Assembly: GCA_010909165.1 (NCBI GenBank)
Contig: MU008158.1
Span: 769,478 to 833,477 of the forward strand
Reading direction: 5' to 3'
DNA: 64,000 bases
Source of the DNA: Anthoceros angustus
Lineage: Eukaryota > Plantae > Anthocerotophyta
Positions within the stretch are counted from its first letter, which is position 1; the number at the start of each line of letters is the position of its first letter. A model generated the notes under the pieces. It made no database searches, had not been told where the DNA came from, and saw only the letters and a program-made list of their open reading frames with translations. The position numbers and the translations under genes are program-made. Positions 36,850 to 48,747 of the stretch are shown piece by piece.

Positions 36850-38447
36850 AAAATCTTCTAGAAAGAACAAAGAGTAAAGGACAAGTAAAGGGCAAGGCCG
36901 AGGGCTATTTTAGGCCTAGCCTACTTGTGTGTTGTGTGTGGTGTGCTAGAGTACGAGTGTGCTTGTTTATATATGACCCATACTGCATGGGAGTTTGGTG
37001 TTCCACTCAATGAAGGTAAAACCCTTTTTCCCAACATGGTATCAGAGTCATGTTTAAGAGACTTGTAGAGTCCTCATGCCACTAGTGGTTGGACTCCTGA
37101 GTCTAGTCCTATTACATAGCTCTTAGGTTTGTGCTTGAGAGAGCTTAGCTTAAAAGCTCTCAAAAGAGGTGAGCCCTACGACTGATGAAGAGAAGGACAA
37201 GGTTGATAAAACTCTCTACTAGTATGCTGGTGGCTACCTCACATTTGTCAACACGGACAATGCCTACTATTACAATAGGAGTTCCAAGTCAATTCATGGC
37301 TAATCTTGGACAACAACATTTTCAAGGCTTAAGACGTATAATGAGGTACTTGAGTGGTACAAAACATTGGAATTTGGTGTATCAATAGGAGCATCAGCAA
37401 GAAGTTTGATTGGTAGGATATTGTAATTTAGACTAGGCAGGAGCTGATGATAGTCGCAAGTCCACCATTGGATATGTATTTATGTTGATTGGGGGAGCTA
37501 TCTCTTGTAGTAGGAGACAACCTACTATGACTTTATCTTCTACCGAAGCCGAATAAATGGCAACAAAATAAATGGAGCTAATACAGATGGCTACGTAACT
37601 TCCTAGAGGAGAATAAATGGAGCTAATACAGATGGCTGCGTAACTTTCTAGAGGAGATGAGATTCAAGCAAAAGGAAGTAACAATCATGTTCAATGACAA
37701 TCAAGGTTGCATCTTCTTAGCTTAGTATGGAACTTTTTATGCTAGAACCAAACACATCGAAGTGAAACATTACTGTATAAGAGAGAGGGTCAAATTGAAG
37801 GAGGTGAAATTGGACTATTGTTCGACATGAGACATGCCAGCATGTATTTTGACCAAAGGTTTGACGTTAGACAAACATACTAGGTTTAGCAAGATGTTCT
37901 AGTGGAAGCACAACTTGGTATACCACCTTTTCTACAGAATGCTGAGCTGGTACCTGTGCATATTAGTGGTACTTGTGTGCTCTCTTTCTTATGATTGGAG
38001 ATTTTGAATTTCAATTTTCAAATTTGTACTATGTTCTAGTCCTATAATTTGAAGTCTTTCTGACTATTTTTAAGTATGAAAAACTTATTTGAAATAAAAT
38101 GTGGAAATCTATAGTGTCCACACTTGCGTTGCGTCCAATGCATACTTAGTTGGTACACCAAACTATACTAAGGCCTAAATGTCTAAGAGAGTAAATTTAT
38201 TTGTTGAGTAGGAGTGTTAAACGTGATTTAGTACAACATATAAAAATAGGTTATGAGTGCCCTTAAAATGACTAATTTATGTGTATAACCTCTAGAAAGT
38301 ACAAAGAGTAATGGACAAGTAAAGGGCAAGACTAAGGGCTAAGGGCTGTTTAAGGTCTAGCGTGTATTACTAGAGTACTAGTGTGTTTGTGTGCATGTGA
38401 CCCACGTTCTATATTCCACTCAATAAAGGAATTTTTTTTTTCTAATA
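36850..38447 (+). mobile_element. Internally deleted Ty1/copia LTR element with diverged LTR pair, PBS, RT/RH remnant and PPT
   Basis: The 5' LTR ends ...ccaaca at 37036, followed by the Met-type PBS tggtatcagag (37037-37047). Remnants SQFMANLG...RIMRYLSGT and RKSTIGYVF...RTKHIEVK follow. PPT gagtaggag at 38206-38214 precedes a 3' LTR at 38215-38447 that shares ctagaaag.acaaagagtaa.ggacaagtaaagggcaag with the 5' LTR. The 5' LTR start is uncertain. Confidence 0.75.
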
Positions 38448-38982
38448 CGGAGGACAGTAAGGGCGTTGGGTGACTCCTCCAGGTACAAGTATAAGGGTGC
38501 CACGAAACTCCTACATCAACAAGTATTAGGGCGTAGGCGTTGACAAACCCGTGGCCTGGTGGGGCTGGTCGATGTTTCATGAAATACTTCCCACCCGTGA
38601 CCTGGTGGGAGTGGTAAGAATTTCAAGTTACACCCGTGGGTTGGTGGGGTTGGTACGTATTTCAAGTACGGGGGTAAGTACGCCCTTCCTGTAGGAGCTT
38701 TTGGGAGCGGTAGGAGGGTAGAGGGTTGTTCTCTATGGCCCCGTTGCATATGGAATTTCCCAATTTGCGATATTCATAAAGTCTCCATTTTGGAGTGATC
38801 AGCCATTCCTTATGAGGCAAAAGGTTGCTTGAAATGATTGAAATACAATGAGAGCCTGTCTTGCATTTATGCGATTCGCTCAGCTATGTACAAATTCTCC
38901 TAAGGCTCATCCTACAGTATGGAGTGCAGAGAAACATAGCAAAGCGGGCCAGTATAAAGAATCTGGGCACTGACCAAAGTAT

Positions 38983-39874
38983 TTAAGACTCACTCCGGTC
39001 TAAGTCTCCAGGTTTCTTCTCCTTGATGCCAACCTTCTCAGCGAGCTTCTCCGCGTCTCTCTTGACGGCCCTGGCGGCCTCGACTGCCACGCCCTTGAGG
39101 CCCTCGGTGGTCTCTGCCGTTTTCTTGGGTATGTCCTTGAGCATGTCGGCGGCCGTGTTCACCTCCCGCTTGGCTGTGTCCTTCACTCCTTCGGCCATGG
39201 ACTCTACCTTTCCGGAGACATCTTTGGCCATTCCCTTCGTCGACTCCATGGTTTCGTGAGTCGTCTGCTTCGCCGCCTCCCCGGTCTTCTGCGCCTTGTG
39301 CTTGGCGCCCTCCTTGGTCTCGTAGGCCTTACCCACGGCCTGGTCCGCCGTCTCCTTTGTCTTGTCCACCGCGCTCTGAGCCGTCTCCTTGCCCTTGTCC
39401 ATCATCTCCTGCGCCCTCTCCTTAGCCTGGCCCGCGGTCTCTTGCACCGTCTCCTTGGACCGGTCGGCAACCTCGCCAGCCTTGCCCGCAGACTCCTTGA
39501 GGATGCCATTTGACTCTCCGACCGCGTCGCTGCCCCGGGGAGACGATGCCTCGTCCCGGGCCTCCTCGAAGGGCTTGTGGTCGGCGCCCCCTTCGTTCAC
39601 CATCTTGGCTGCCTCATGTTTCTCCTCGTGCGTGTCAGGGCTCCTTGCAGGCTGCAGCAGCAAAGGGAATGTCAGAGTGCGCACAGGACTGCCCTGCTCA
39701 GCCGCTCAACAACAGCAATCTCAGCTTCAGCTCAAGACTCACCTCGCTTGCGAAGAGCCTTGTGAGTGCAAGCCTTGCCTGGCCGCGGAACTGCAGCTGA
39801 CATTCACTCAACCTGCTTGAGCTGCCCTGCTGCATCAATTTCAGCAGCCGACCCGTCCTCGTCGTGCTTCCCAT
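38983..39874 (-). CDS. LEA protein (group 3/LEA_4-like 11-mer repeats) with N-terminal transit-like peptide; 2 exons
   Basis: Exon 1 (39874-39743) encodes MGSTTRTGRLLKLMQQGSSSRL...RLFASE; intron gtgagt...ctgcag; exon 2 (39651-38983) has repeats such as AKETAQSAVDK, TKETADQAVGK and AYETKEGAKHK. Confidence 0.82.
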
Positions 39875-42564
39875 GTCTGATCAATCTGTGGCGTCAATAC
39901 AACAATTTGGACACTCTGCGTAACACAACCAGGGTATGCGATTCCTCACCAGTCTACTACACCCTCCTCAGCTCATACAAGTCACTACATCAAGCGGCAT
40001 GTAACTGCAACCAACCCTTTTGAAGCAGCCTTGCGTCTGCAATGCGGGCATGATTTCAAGAGGAGCATGGATTTCGGAGGAGGAGGTGAGCGCATGAGCG
40101 CCAAGTGGCCCGGACACATGGCTGCGCCCTGCAAACTGACGCGTTTCGAAAACTCAAAACTATGGTAACTGGAAATTCGCGTAAATTCCGCTTCCATGTC
40201 ATTCGTCAGTATCCCTAGAATGACTGACGGGGCATCCCAAGTGTCCTCGAGGTCGTCCGGCTTGTCACAATTTTATTTGTGGGAGCACGGCGACCTTCAA
40301 CAGGTTTTAGTCAAAATTAACGAGCCCGGAAGGTAGTATCACGGCTGGAATAGATACCTACTCCGATTCCACACCTGTGGCCTTCACACAGGCTGGGCAA
40401 CTCAACATACAAAATCCACAGGCAGAGGCGATCTGAGAGTCGGATTGCATTTCAATTCCATACGAATTGCATACAAACAATTGTGCAGACTGGGCAGCAC
40501 CTCGACCCAGCCTTCGCCCTCGGGATGGGAAAAACAATGAAAGGAATATGAGGACAACGGAGAAGAGACCGGCGAGGGAAGCGCCCGCCGGTTCCGAGTC
40601 ACCGCGTGGCGTGTCCGGTTTTCGGGGTCAGTGACTTGGTTGACTTGAACTACATACAAACTAACCACCTGTGCTCAGATAACATGTGTCCGCATTGCAA
40701 AGCAAATAGGACTTTGATGGTACATAGTTAAATAATCACGGCACAGGCTCATGTTCTACTCTGACCGACAACAATCCTACAGAACGACATGGAACAAGGA
40801 AAGAAACGACGGAGTCCAGGAGGGGGTTGCTGAAAGAATGACAGGCAACTGGAGCACTGGGTATCAGAGAAAAATCAACCCATCGAGCTTCCTTTGCTAC
40901 TTACTTTGGCAGATCCTCCATTCAACATATTGCGATTTTGCGTATCACAAAAGTTGTACACACGGGACTGCCGGTTAGTACAGACGCCCAGACAGAGACA
41001 CAACGTGACCACAGATAGACCCGCGGTTTCATACCAGCAGGAAGCTAGGCCCGGTTGGCAGGAGTAGCAGCTCAGAACTTCAAGAGCTTCAACTAAATCA
41101 TCCTTACAGAACCGCAACATACAGAGACTGGATCTAGCCCCGTAGTTTAGCTCAAAATCCCACCTGTCAGAGATTCTGGCTGATGCCAGAGCCATCCGAT
41201 ATATGGATGTGGATCAGCAACCAACCCATGATTGTAGAGGAAGGCGTATTCTGACATATCCAGATGACTTGAAAAATGTCATCTCGGGAAATATTTTCTT
41301 TGCATGCACTGGCAGAACTTCAGAGTTACGGACAAAACATTCCATGCATCGTTCATACGAGTAACTGTAGCGAAAGAGCGAAGCATGCATTCATTGATAC
41401 CTTATGCAAGAATTAGCAATCGCAGTAATTTCTGAGTGCCTTTTGTCATTGCCCAATCCTACTACTAGGCAATGAAAAGGTTGCACTCATGTTGGAGACA
41501 GCGGTCACAAGCAGGACACGAAACAACAAATATCTCGCGGCGAAACCTTAACTTCACATAAATGCAACAGGTATGTCAAGCATTTAAAGCCGCAGACACT
41601 TTATGGATGGCTTTCCTTTTCAGATTACAAGTAAATCGGAAAAGAGGAATAAAAGCCACCCGTTATATGACTCCGGTCCAAAGCTTCAAAACCAGGGAGC
41701 ATTAACAAATAACACAGGTAGACTTCGTAATCCCATGCAGTTAGTACCAAACACAAGGATACAAGGACCACATTCCTGTTCCAGATACTTGTAAGACGCC
41801 CGACACACAAGGACAAGGATGACGATCCGCTTGAATCCCGGTTTGCACACTCAAACCAGAATCCCGAACACAAGTTGCAGAACTAGCTAAACAACCAAGA
41901 TTGTAGTGGTTTGCGTAACCCTATGCTGTGGATGGCAGGCATAGTGCTAAAAGAACCACATTGTTTTTCGGGCGCTAGCAAGCCATCCTCCACGGGAGAA
42001 GGATGGCTATCAATTCGTATCCCGGTTTCCCCGCCAGATATACAAAAAACCGTCCTACATCAATACCTAACCTAAAACTTAAATTTCCTGGTCACAACGA
42101 GAACATCACACAAAACAGTCATACTCAGGGAGAAAGCAAGCCATAAGTCACCTAGAACCCCCACAGTCAGCTGGAAGGCATGCCATGAGTGGCACAACCA
42201 GAAACACTTCAAGCTAGCTCAAGGAGGAAAGAAGCAGGCACATATTCCGAAACGTCTGCGACATTAGTCAAAACCCACAAAATATGCCGATCTGAAAAAC
42301 GGGAAGACCTCAGACATAAATTCAAGCCAAAAATTCCGCCTTAGCAAACTTACAGAGCTGTCTGAGAACGCTCTTCCAGCACAAATGGAGAGATCTACAT
42401 ATCTCAGCGCTCTACCAACTTTCTGCTGCCCTAACGTTAGCCCCTCACCCACAACGAAAGAGAAGCTCCACCAGAAAGCCCACCTCCATACCTCGAGAGG
42501 GTGGGCGAGATCCTCACTTTGCGGTCCAGGCTCCGTATTCGCTCCAAACTCCCCCGAAAATTGC

Positions 42565-43008
42565 CTAACGATAGGACTTCTGGAAGCGGGCACGTGCACC
42601 ACGACCTCCAAACTTCTTGGGCTCACAGCGCCGGGGATCAGCGACTAGCAGAGTCCTGTCATACCTAACGAGGATGTCCTTAATCTCCTGCTTGGACTGC
42701 TCGTCCACATACTTCTGGAAGTAGGCCACCAGGGCCTTGGCGATGCTCTGCCGGATGGCGTATATTTGCGAGGTGTGCCCTCCGCCCCTCACCCGGATCC
42801 TCATGTCGACCTCAGCAAAGCGCTGGCGTCCCAGCAACAATATAGGCTCGAAGGCCTTGTACCGCAGGATTTCCGGCTCCACCAGCTCGATGGGGCAGCC
42901 ATTGATCTTGATCAGGCCTCGCCCCCGCTTGCAGTAGGTGACAGCCACAGCTGTTTTCTTCCGCCCGAAGCACTGCACAGACTCCACGGAAGATGGTGGC
43001 GCTGCCAT
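42565..43008 (-). CDS. RPS16: 40S ribosomal protein S16 (uS9), intronless
   Basis: [13 protein letters not shown]...[19 protein letters not shown]...[19 protein letters not shown]. Confidence 0.98.
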   Translation of the reverse strand: MAAPPSSVESVQCFGRKKTAVAVTYCKRGRGLIKINGCPIELVEPEILRYKAFEPILLLGRQRFAEVDMRIRVRGGGHTSQIYAIRQSIAKALVAYFQKYVDEQSKQEIKDILVRYDRTLLVADPRRCEPKKFGGRGARARFQKSYR

Positions 43009-43020
43009 TGCTGCAATGCT

Positions 43021-43090
43021 ACCGTCGCCGCCTAGAACAGGTTACGCCGTCGCCGCCGAGAACAGGTTATTCGCGTCGCCGCCTAGAGCT
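43021..43090. repeat. Short imperfect tandem repeat just upstream of the RPS16 start codon
   Basis: gtcgccgcc occurs three times, with tagaacaggtta/gagaacaggtta spacers. Confidence 0.7.
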
Positions 43091-43252
43091 GAAAATGACT
43101 TACTGCAACTAGTTCAACACCATTGACATTTATAGACAGTAGTTAGGTTTGGAATTTTCAAGCCTCTCGGAAACACACCAACCCATGCCCCCGGGCTGGT
43201 CTGGTCTTACAAGCTATGTATTGATGTACAGCGGTGAGCGAGATCCGAGACA

Positions 43253-45373
43253 CTAATCATACTGGAACACCATCGGAGCCGCGATCGCTTGAGCCTTCTC
43301 GTGTCCAAACAGCTTTTCCACTATTGCCAGAGCGAAGTCCATAGCTGTCCCAGGACCTCTGCTTGTGATCACCTTTCCATCGATCACAACTCGTGAATCA
43401 ACAGCGCTCTGATCCGAGAGAGTGCCGCTGAACGCCGGGTGGGCAGTGGCCCTCTTCCCCTGCATGAAATATTCGGCTGCCTTAGTCCTGGCCTGTCAAA
43501 CGAGCTGGTGAACGAAGAGCCAGAGCTCCCCCTTAACAACTGAGGGACCGACCTTAAGCAGCTGGTTTGCTTCCAACACCACAGCCGGAGCAGCACAGAT
43601 GGCCCCGTAAATCCTGTTTTCTTCCTTCTGCTCTGCCAGAATCTTTTGCAAAGCTGCAGACTCGCTCAGTTTCGTCGCTCCTGGCATACCGCCCTGCAAG
43701 AAATGGGCAACCATGTCTTTCAGACAAAACGATGCTCACGTTTGCGGAGGCAGCATGACGAGGGTCGGGTACCCACAGGTAGTATAACAAGATCGAACTT
43801 GGTGCTGACCGCGTCTTCAATTAGCTTGTCTGCAATAATCTTCACCTTCCTGGATGCTAGAATTCTCAAATCCCTCTCCACAGAGGCCACAACAACATCC
43901 ACCTGAGCCCTTCGGAGGACATCTACTAGAATGACCACCTCCATTTCTTCTGATCCACTTGCTATAGGAACGAGAGCCTAAGCCAGCACAAAACATGAAC
44001 AAGTCATTACACCAAAGTCCTTGACGAACACGATCCTCTGGCAGCAAACACTTACCCGAGGGGTCTTATCTGCATCAGTCCACCAAGGGTACGAATTGTA
44101 TTCTTGTTTGGATGCTGTTGACGGATTTAGGACCTGCAAAACAGAATAGGTGTAAGCTTCGTACTCGCCAAATCGACTCACAAAAAACCACTGATAGGGT
44201 GGTAGAGGGGTGAAAGACAACAACCTACTTACCAGATTTTGAGCCAATTCTTCCACTTTCTTTTGGTCAAAAAGTTGCTCGACCAGGGACAGAGCAAATT
44301 CAATTGCTGTACCAGGACCTCTGCTTGTTGTCACCAATCCATCCTTAAGCACTCTGAAGTCTGCCTGCTTGTTATTCGACAGCTTCTCTGCAAATGCAGG
44401 ATGGCAAGTTGCCTGGAGTTTTAAAGAGGTTAGAAAACATCTACATGAGCGACTTTACAGTCACCAGTGACTTCACCAATCAAACCTTAATCTTTCGTGG
44501 ACTTTACCTGAACACCCTTAAGAAGGCCCCAGCTTTGAAGAGCTACAGCTGGTGCAGCACATATAGCCCCATACAAACGATTGTGCTGTGCTTGAGCCTC
44601 GGTTATCTGTCTGAGCACTTCACTATCCCTCAAGCGCTCAGAACCTGGCATGCCTCCCTAAAGCCACCCACAGCTTCAGAAGATCTTGTGATCACCTCCT
44701 TATTTACAGAATACGGGACCCTCTGCAGAAATACAATGAGCTTTTTCCTCCACATTTAGCACCCGCTCTTCAAACACACAAAACAACTGGGGAACTTAAA
44801 CTCCGCCGTGCATCTGGTTACATGCGTACGGACAATCTGAAGGTCCACATACCGGGAGCACAACAAGATCATAAGTTTGGCCCTGGCAAGCACCGATAAG
44901 TGTATCAGCTTCAAGCTTCACGTTCCGGGAGGCCAAAATCAGCAGCTCTTCTTCAACCGATGCCACTGTCACATCAGCTCCAGCCCTCCTTAAAATGTCG
45001 ATAATGATAACAGCCTCCATCTCTTCAGTGCCCTTCCCAACTGGAACCAACACCTGGCCACAAGCGAATGTCGTTAGACGTGCACCAGCGTAGGCTTAGA
45101 GGGATACAGAGATGTGAAATTTACCTTCTTTAGCACCGTCTCAACATGCGTAGGTGAGACCACTCCAGCGGGAGCCACCGATGCCATAGCCGCACAACCG
45201 CTGTACCTTGTGGCAGACCCCCAGAACAACCCCGCCTTGCACACTCGGGACTTTCGAACATCAAACCTGGCGAAGGCAGAGCTGTGCTGCCTTGCATGTG
45301 CCACGGCACATCCAGCGACACAAGGAGGTCGCGACGGGAGCAAGGACCTGCGCAGTAAATTCCCAGACGCCAT
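43253..45373 (-). CDS. DJ1: DJ-1/PfpI family protein with two DJ-1 domains and a plastid/mitochondrial transit peptide (DJ-1A/B-like), multi-exon
   Basis: Two repeats of VP..GT/SEEME.VI..D.LRRA...V.VASVE, GGMPG and [10 protein letters not shown] (Cys retained in both), plus TSRGPGTA. The N-terminal exon MASGNLLRR... is S/R/A-rich. Confidence 0.92.
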
Positions 45374-46004
45374 GGGGATTTCAATATGTGGAAACTCTGA
45401 TCGATCCATGAAAACAGCGCCATGCGAAACACCAGAATAAAATATAAATATCATGTACCTCCGGGAACGATATTTCATAGTTTTAATACCTATGCAAAAC
45501 AAACTTTGTTTTGTATATAAGTGGCTTGTTCCATAATTTCTGAATATATCTCCCTCTATTCTCACTAATATTCTCTATCGCATCATCTATACCCGGATAT
45601 CTGTACCTTGTATAAATGTTAGACCTTTTATAATTTTTATCCTATTTTTTTCAAGTTTTAAAGGATCTTTTGATAAATTTTATTATATGAACCCTAAAAT
45701 TTTGAAGCCCAAAACTGTGTTGAATCGGGTCCTTTTATAAATATTAAACCCTAATAATTGTTACCTTATTTTGTTCAAATTTTAAAGGATCTTTTGATAA
45801 ATTATTAACCCCAAAATTTTGAACTCCAAAATTATATTCTTTGTATGAGAGGATGCTGCCGATCTATGAACTTCCAAGAATTTTTTTGGAGCACATATCA
45901 TCTAGAACGTAGACCCACCTACTCAATTTCAGTAGACCCAGCATCTTAGGGTTAAAGGTGATCTCATATGTGAGAGAGAGTCCAACGTGCCCAAAAAATT
46001 GGTA

Positions 46005-46200
46005 CTACATTATTTCAATTGTATCCTAGGGTATCCTCTAGTTCCTAATTCCAAAACTTGATTAACTTTAACTTAGATATGATGACATAAAAAACACTTG
46101 GGACTACAGTATTACAATTATATCTTAGGGTATCCCCTAGATCCTAATTCCAAAACTTGATTAACTTTGACTTAGATACGATGGCATAAAAAACACAAAA
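46005..46200. repeat. ~100-bp imperfect tandem duplication; 18-bp x2 (from ~46212) and 13-bp x3 (from ~46969) microrepeats nearby
   Basis: tagggtatcc.ctag.tcctaattccaaaacttgattaacttt occurs twice. Confidence 0.8.
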
Positions 46201-47200
46201 CAATATAGGACATGACCGGTCTTGCGGTTATGACCGGTCTTGCGGTTCATCTCAACTACACCACAGTCTAGTTCAGCAAGTCTATTTGTTTGAACTACAC
46301 CACACTCTCGTTTCAACTACACCACACTCTAATTGGGTGAACGGTTTATCCAACTAAATTCCACTATTTTGAGACAATATCGAGAAATGTATCTAACTAA
46401 TTTAAGGGGTTGGGGATGAATAAGTCGATTGGATAGGTTGATAGGCCCTTCTTTTTCCAAATGGGCTTTTGAAATGAAGTTAATGGTAAAAAATAAAATG
46501 AAAAAAGAATGAAACATAGCAGACATTTATTATGTAGAAGACAAAACATTCCATACCTTTTATTGAATTTCAATCCAACACGCATCTTAAATCTATCAAA
46601 AGAGAAATATGTTTTTATTTTTCATCACCATCGGCAGTTGCTAGTCTTCCCTAGCGTAATTTCAAGTCTACTAGGTCTATATATGTGCAACTTCATAGGC
46701 AAATAGTAATGGTTTTTTTTGCGTTATGATAATATAGTTTTGCTATTGTGCTTACAGTTTTGTTGTAAGAACCTTCAATGCTTTTGATTGTGGATTGGAT
46801 TTAGGCTTTATTTTTTATTTATTTATATATAATTTTAATATATATTTGATCATAATACTTATCATTAGGTTAGATAACTATATGCGTTTATATTGTCAGG
46901 TTATTGTATCTATGTAATTGATTATGAAATCTATCACTAGATTTGAACAACCTCATTGCAATATATTGTGTGGGAACTTATTGTGGGAACTTATTGTGGG
47001 AACCTTCCTTGGCATGTTGCAGTTGCACCTAAGAGATTCTATGTATAGGATATGAATAAGAATATAGGAGATACGAATTTAAGGATGGATAATATTGCGC
47101 AATCAAATTGGGAGACTTCCATCCCTTCTGCACCAACGACGGAGTTAGAGCATTCGCAGGTGAGTACGAGTACAGATAAGCCTGATGACGTAGGTGCCAC

Positions 47201-48415
47201 ATGGATCGGGATTGCACAGGTGTACATGCTGTTGCTGTGATAAATAAACACAGAAAATCTTTGGGAGCTAATGAGGTTGCACTTTTGCAGATGCCACCTC
47301 AGCGTGCGCTCAAGGCTGAGACTCCACGTGGAGAGCTGCTACAAAGGCTCTTTGCTACGCGGGCTCACAGTTCTGAGGTGGCAAGGAGACCTGTTGAACA
47401 GGTTGGCAGTTCTTCAAGCTCTCCCATCTCCAAACAAATTTTTGAACTTTTTGTCCAGCCACCAGCCACGGGAAATCCAAATCCAGTTCTTGCCCTGCCA
47501 CCAGCAAGGGGAAATCCAGACCCAGTTCTCGTCATGCCACTAGCTAGGAAAAGTCCAAAGCCAGTTTGTGTCCAGCCACCAGCTTGGAAAAATCCAAAGC
47601 CAGGTCGTGTCCAGCCACTAGCTATGAAAAATCCAACGCAAGTTTCTGTCCAGCCACCAGGTAGGGAAGATCCAAACCCAGTCCTTGTCCAGTCACCAGC
47701 TAGGGAATATCCAAATCTACTGAGTTTGCAGGCTTGTCAAGCAGCTGCAAGGGATCGGCAGGAAGCTGGGGAACAAAGACAGCAAGAGAATGCAGAAATA
47801 TGTTCTGGGCATGGTACACCGCAGACTACGGCTGCACAGGGGACCCAAACCGATGAGCAATACAACAGATTGAAAACCAAGGATTTAATGGGGAGGGTGA
47901 TTCTGAAGCGGGAACTGTACCGTGCGCCTTTCGTCGAGTCCAAGACAACACATCCAAAATGGTCTTCAACAAGTGCTCCGTCGCCACTCCCAGATAACTA
48001 TGAGCTGATGCTAGGCATGATGAAGAAACGCCCCAAGTGCGACCATTATCACGTAATGCTGGTTCCAGAAATAGTTTGGCTGCGGCATCATTTTCGTCTA
48101 CAGCTTAAGCGTGGATTTTCTGTCAACGTGGATCATATGCTTCAAAGAGAGGAAAATGACCCTATTTGTCTTGAATGTGAAAATGACGGAGTTGGAAGGC
48201 GCGCAACTGTAGTAAAGGCAAAGAATGCAGCCCCAGTTGTAGACCCTGCTACGGAGGCAGCTGAATGGGACGAGGAGCTGGCTCGTCAATTTCAAGCTAT
48301 AGAAGACGAAGATTTGGGCGAGGACACAGTTTCGGACGAAGATAGACATTCCCAAGCAGGCGGAGATCTCGACGATTACGATTTGGACGACAACAATTTT
48401 TGGGAATACGATTAG
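47201..48415 (+). CDS. Uncharacterised intronless protein: seven 13-aa Pro-rich repeats, a Cys/His cluster and an acidic tail
   Basis: 404-aa uninterrupted ORF with 39-bp repeats at 47453-47725, CDHYH...HH...H...CLEC, and a DDYDLDDNNFWEYD terminus. The true start may be M at ~47290. Confidence 0.65.
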   Translation: MDRDCTGVHAVAVINKHRKSLGANEVALLQMPPQRALKAETPRGELLQRLFATRAHSSEVARRPVEQVGSSSSSPISKQIFELFVQPPATGNPNPVLALPPARGNPDPVLVMPLARKSPKPVCVQPPAWKNPKPGRVQPLAMKNPTQVSVQPPGREDPNPVLVQSPAREYPNLLSLQACQAAARDRQEAGEQRQQENAEICSGHGTPQTTAAQGTQTDEQYNRLKTKDLMGRVILKRELYRAPFVESKTTHPKWSSTSAPSPLPDNYELMLGMMKKRPKCDHYHVMLVPEIVWLRHHFRLQLKRGFSVNVDHMLQREENDPICLECENDGVGRRATVVKAKNAAPVVDPATEAAEWDEELARQFQAIEDEDLGEDTVSDEDRHSQAGGDLDDYDLDDNNFWEYD

Positions 48416-48747
48416 GTGAAGAAGAGGACGAAGAAGAATCGATATAGTGGGCGGACGGACGGATGGACGTCATTGGCTTGAAATAGGAGCCGCTACAGTA
48501 TGCAGTATGCCGAGAGATTCTGGCTTTATGAGCTCCAAGTGTTCTACCATTTGTTTCATGGAGATGGAAAGAGACTGACAATGCAGAAGAAGAATGCACA
48601 CGTTACTTTTTCGGAATGCTTTGATCTTATTAGAAGATCTAAAGGTTATTTTGAACTCTTGCATGTATGAGGTTCATCCTTTGTCTTAAAGCGCCAACAT
48701 GCTGTTAACATGTCACCGGCTGAACACTGGCTAGAACATCGTCATTC

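Noticed and set aside
40250-42560. Possible multi-exon minus-strand gene or snoRNA host downstream of RPS16 (candidate exon HLDMSEYAFLYNHGLVADPHPYIGWLWHQPESLT)
   Set aside because: Splice-like signals exist, but I could not build a consistent ORF or recognise C/D or H/ACA boxes.
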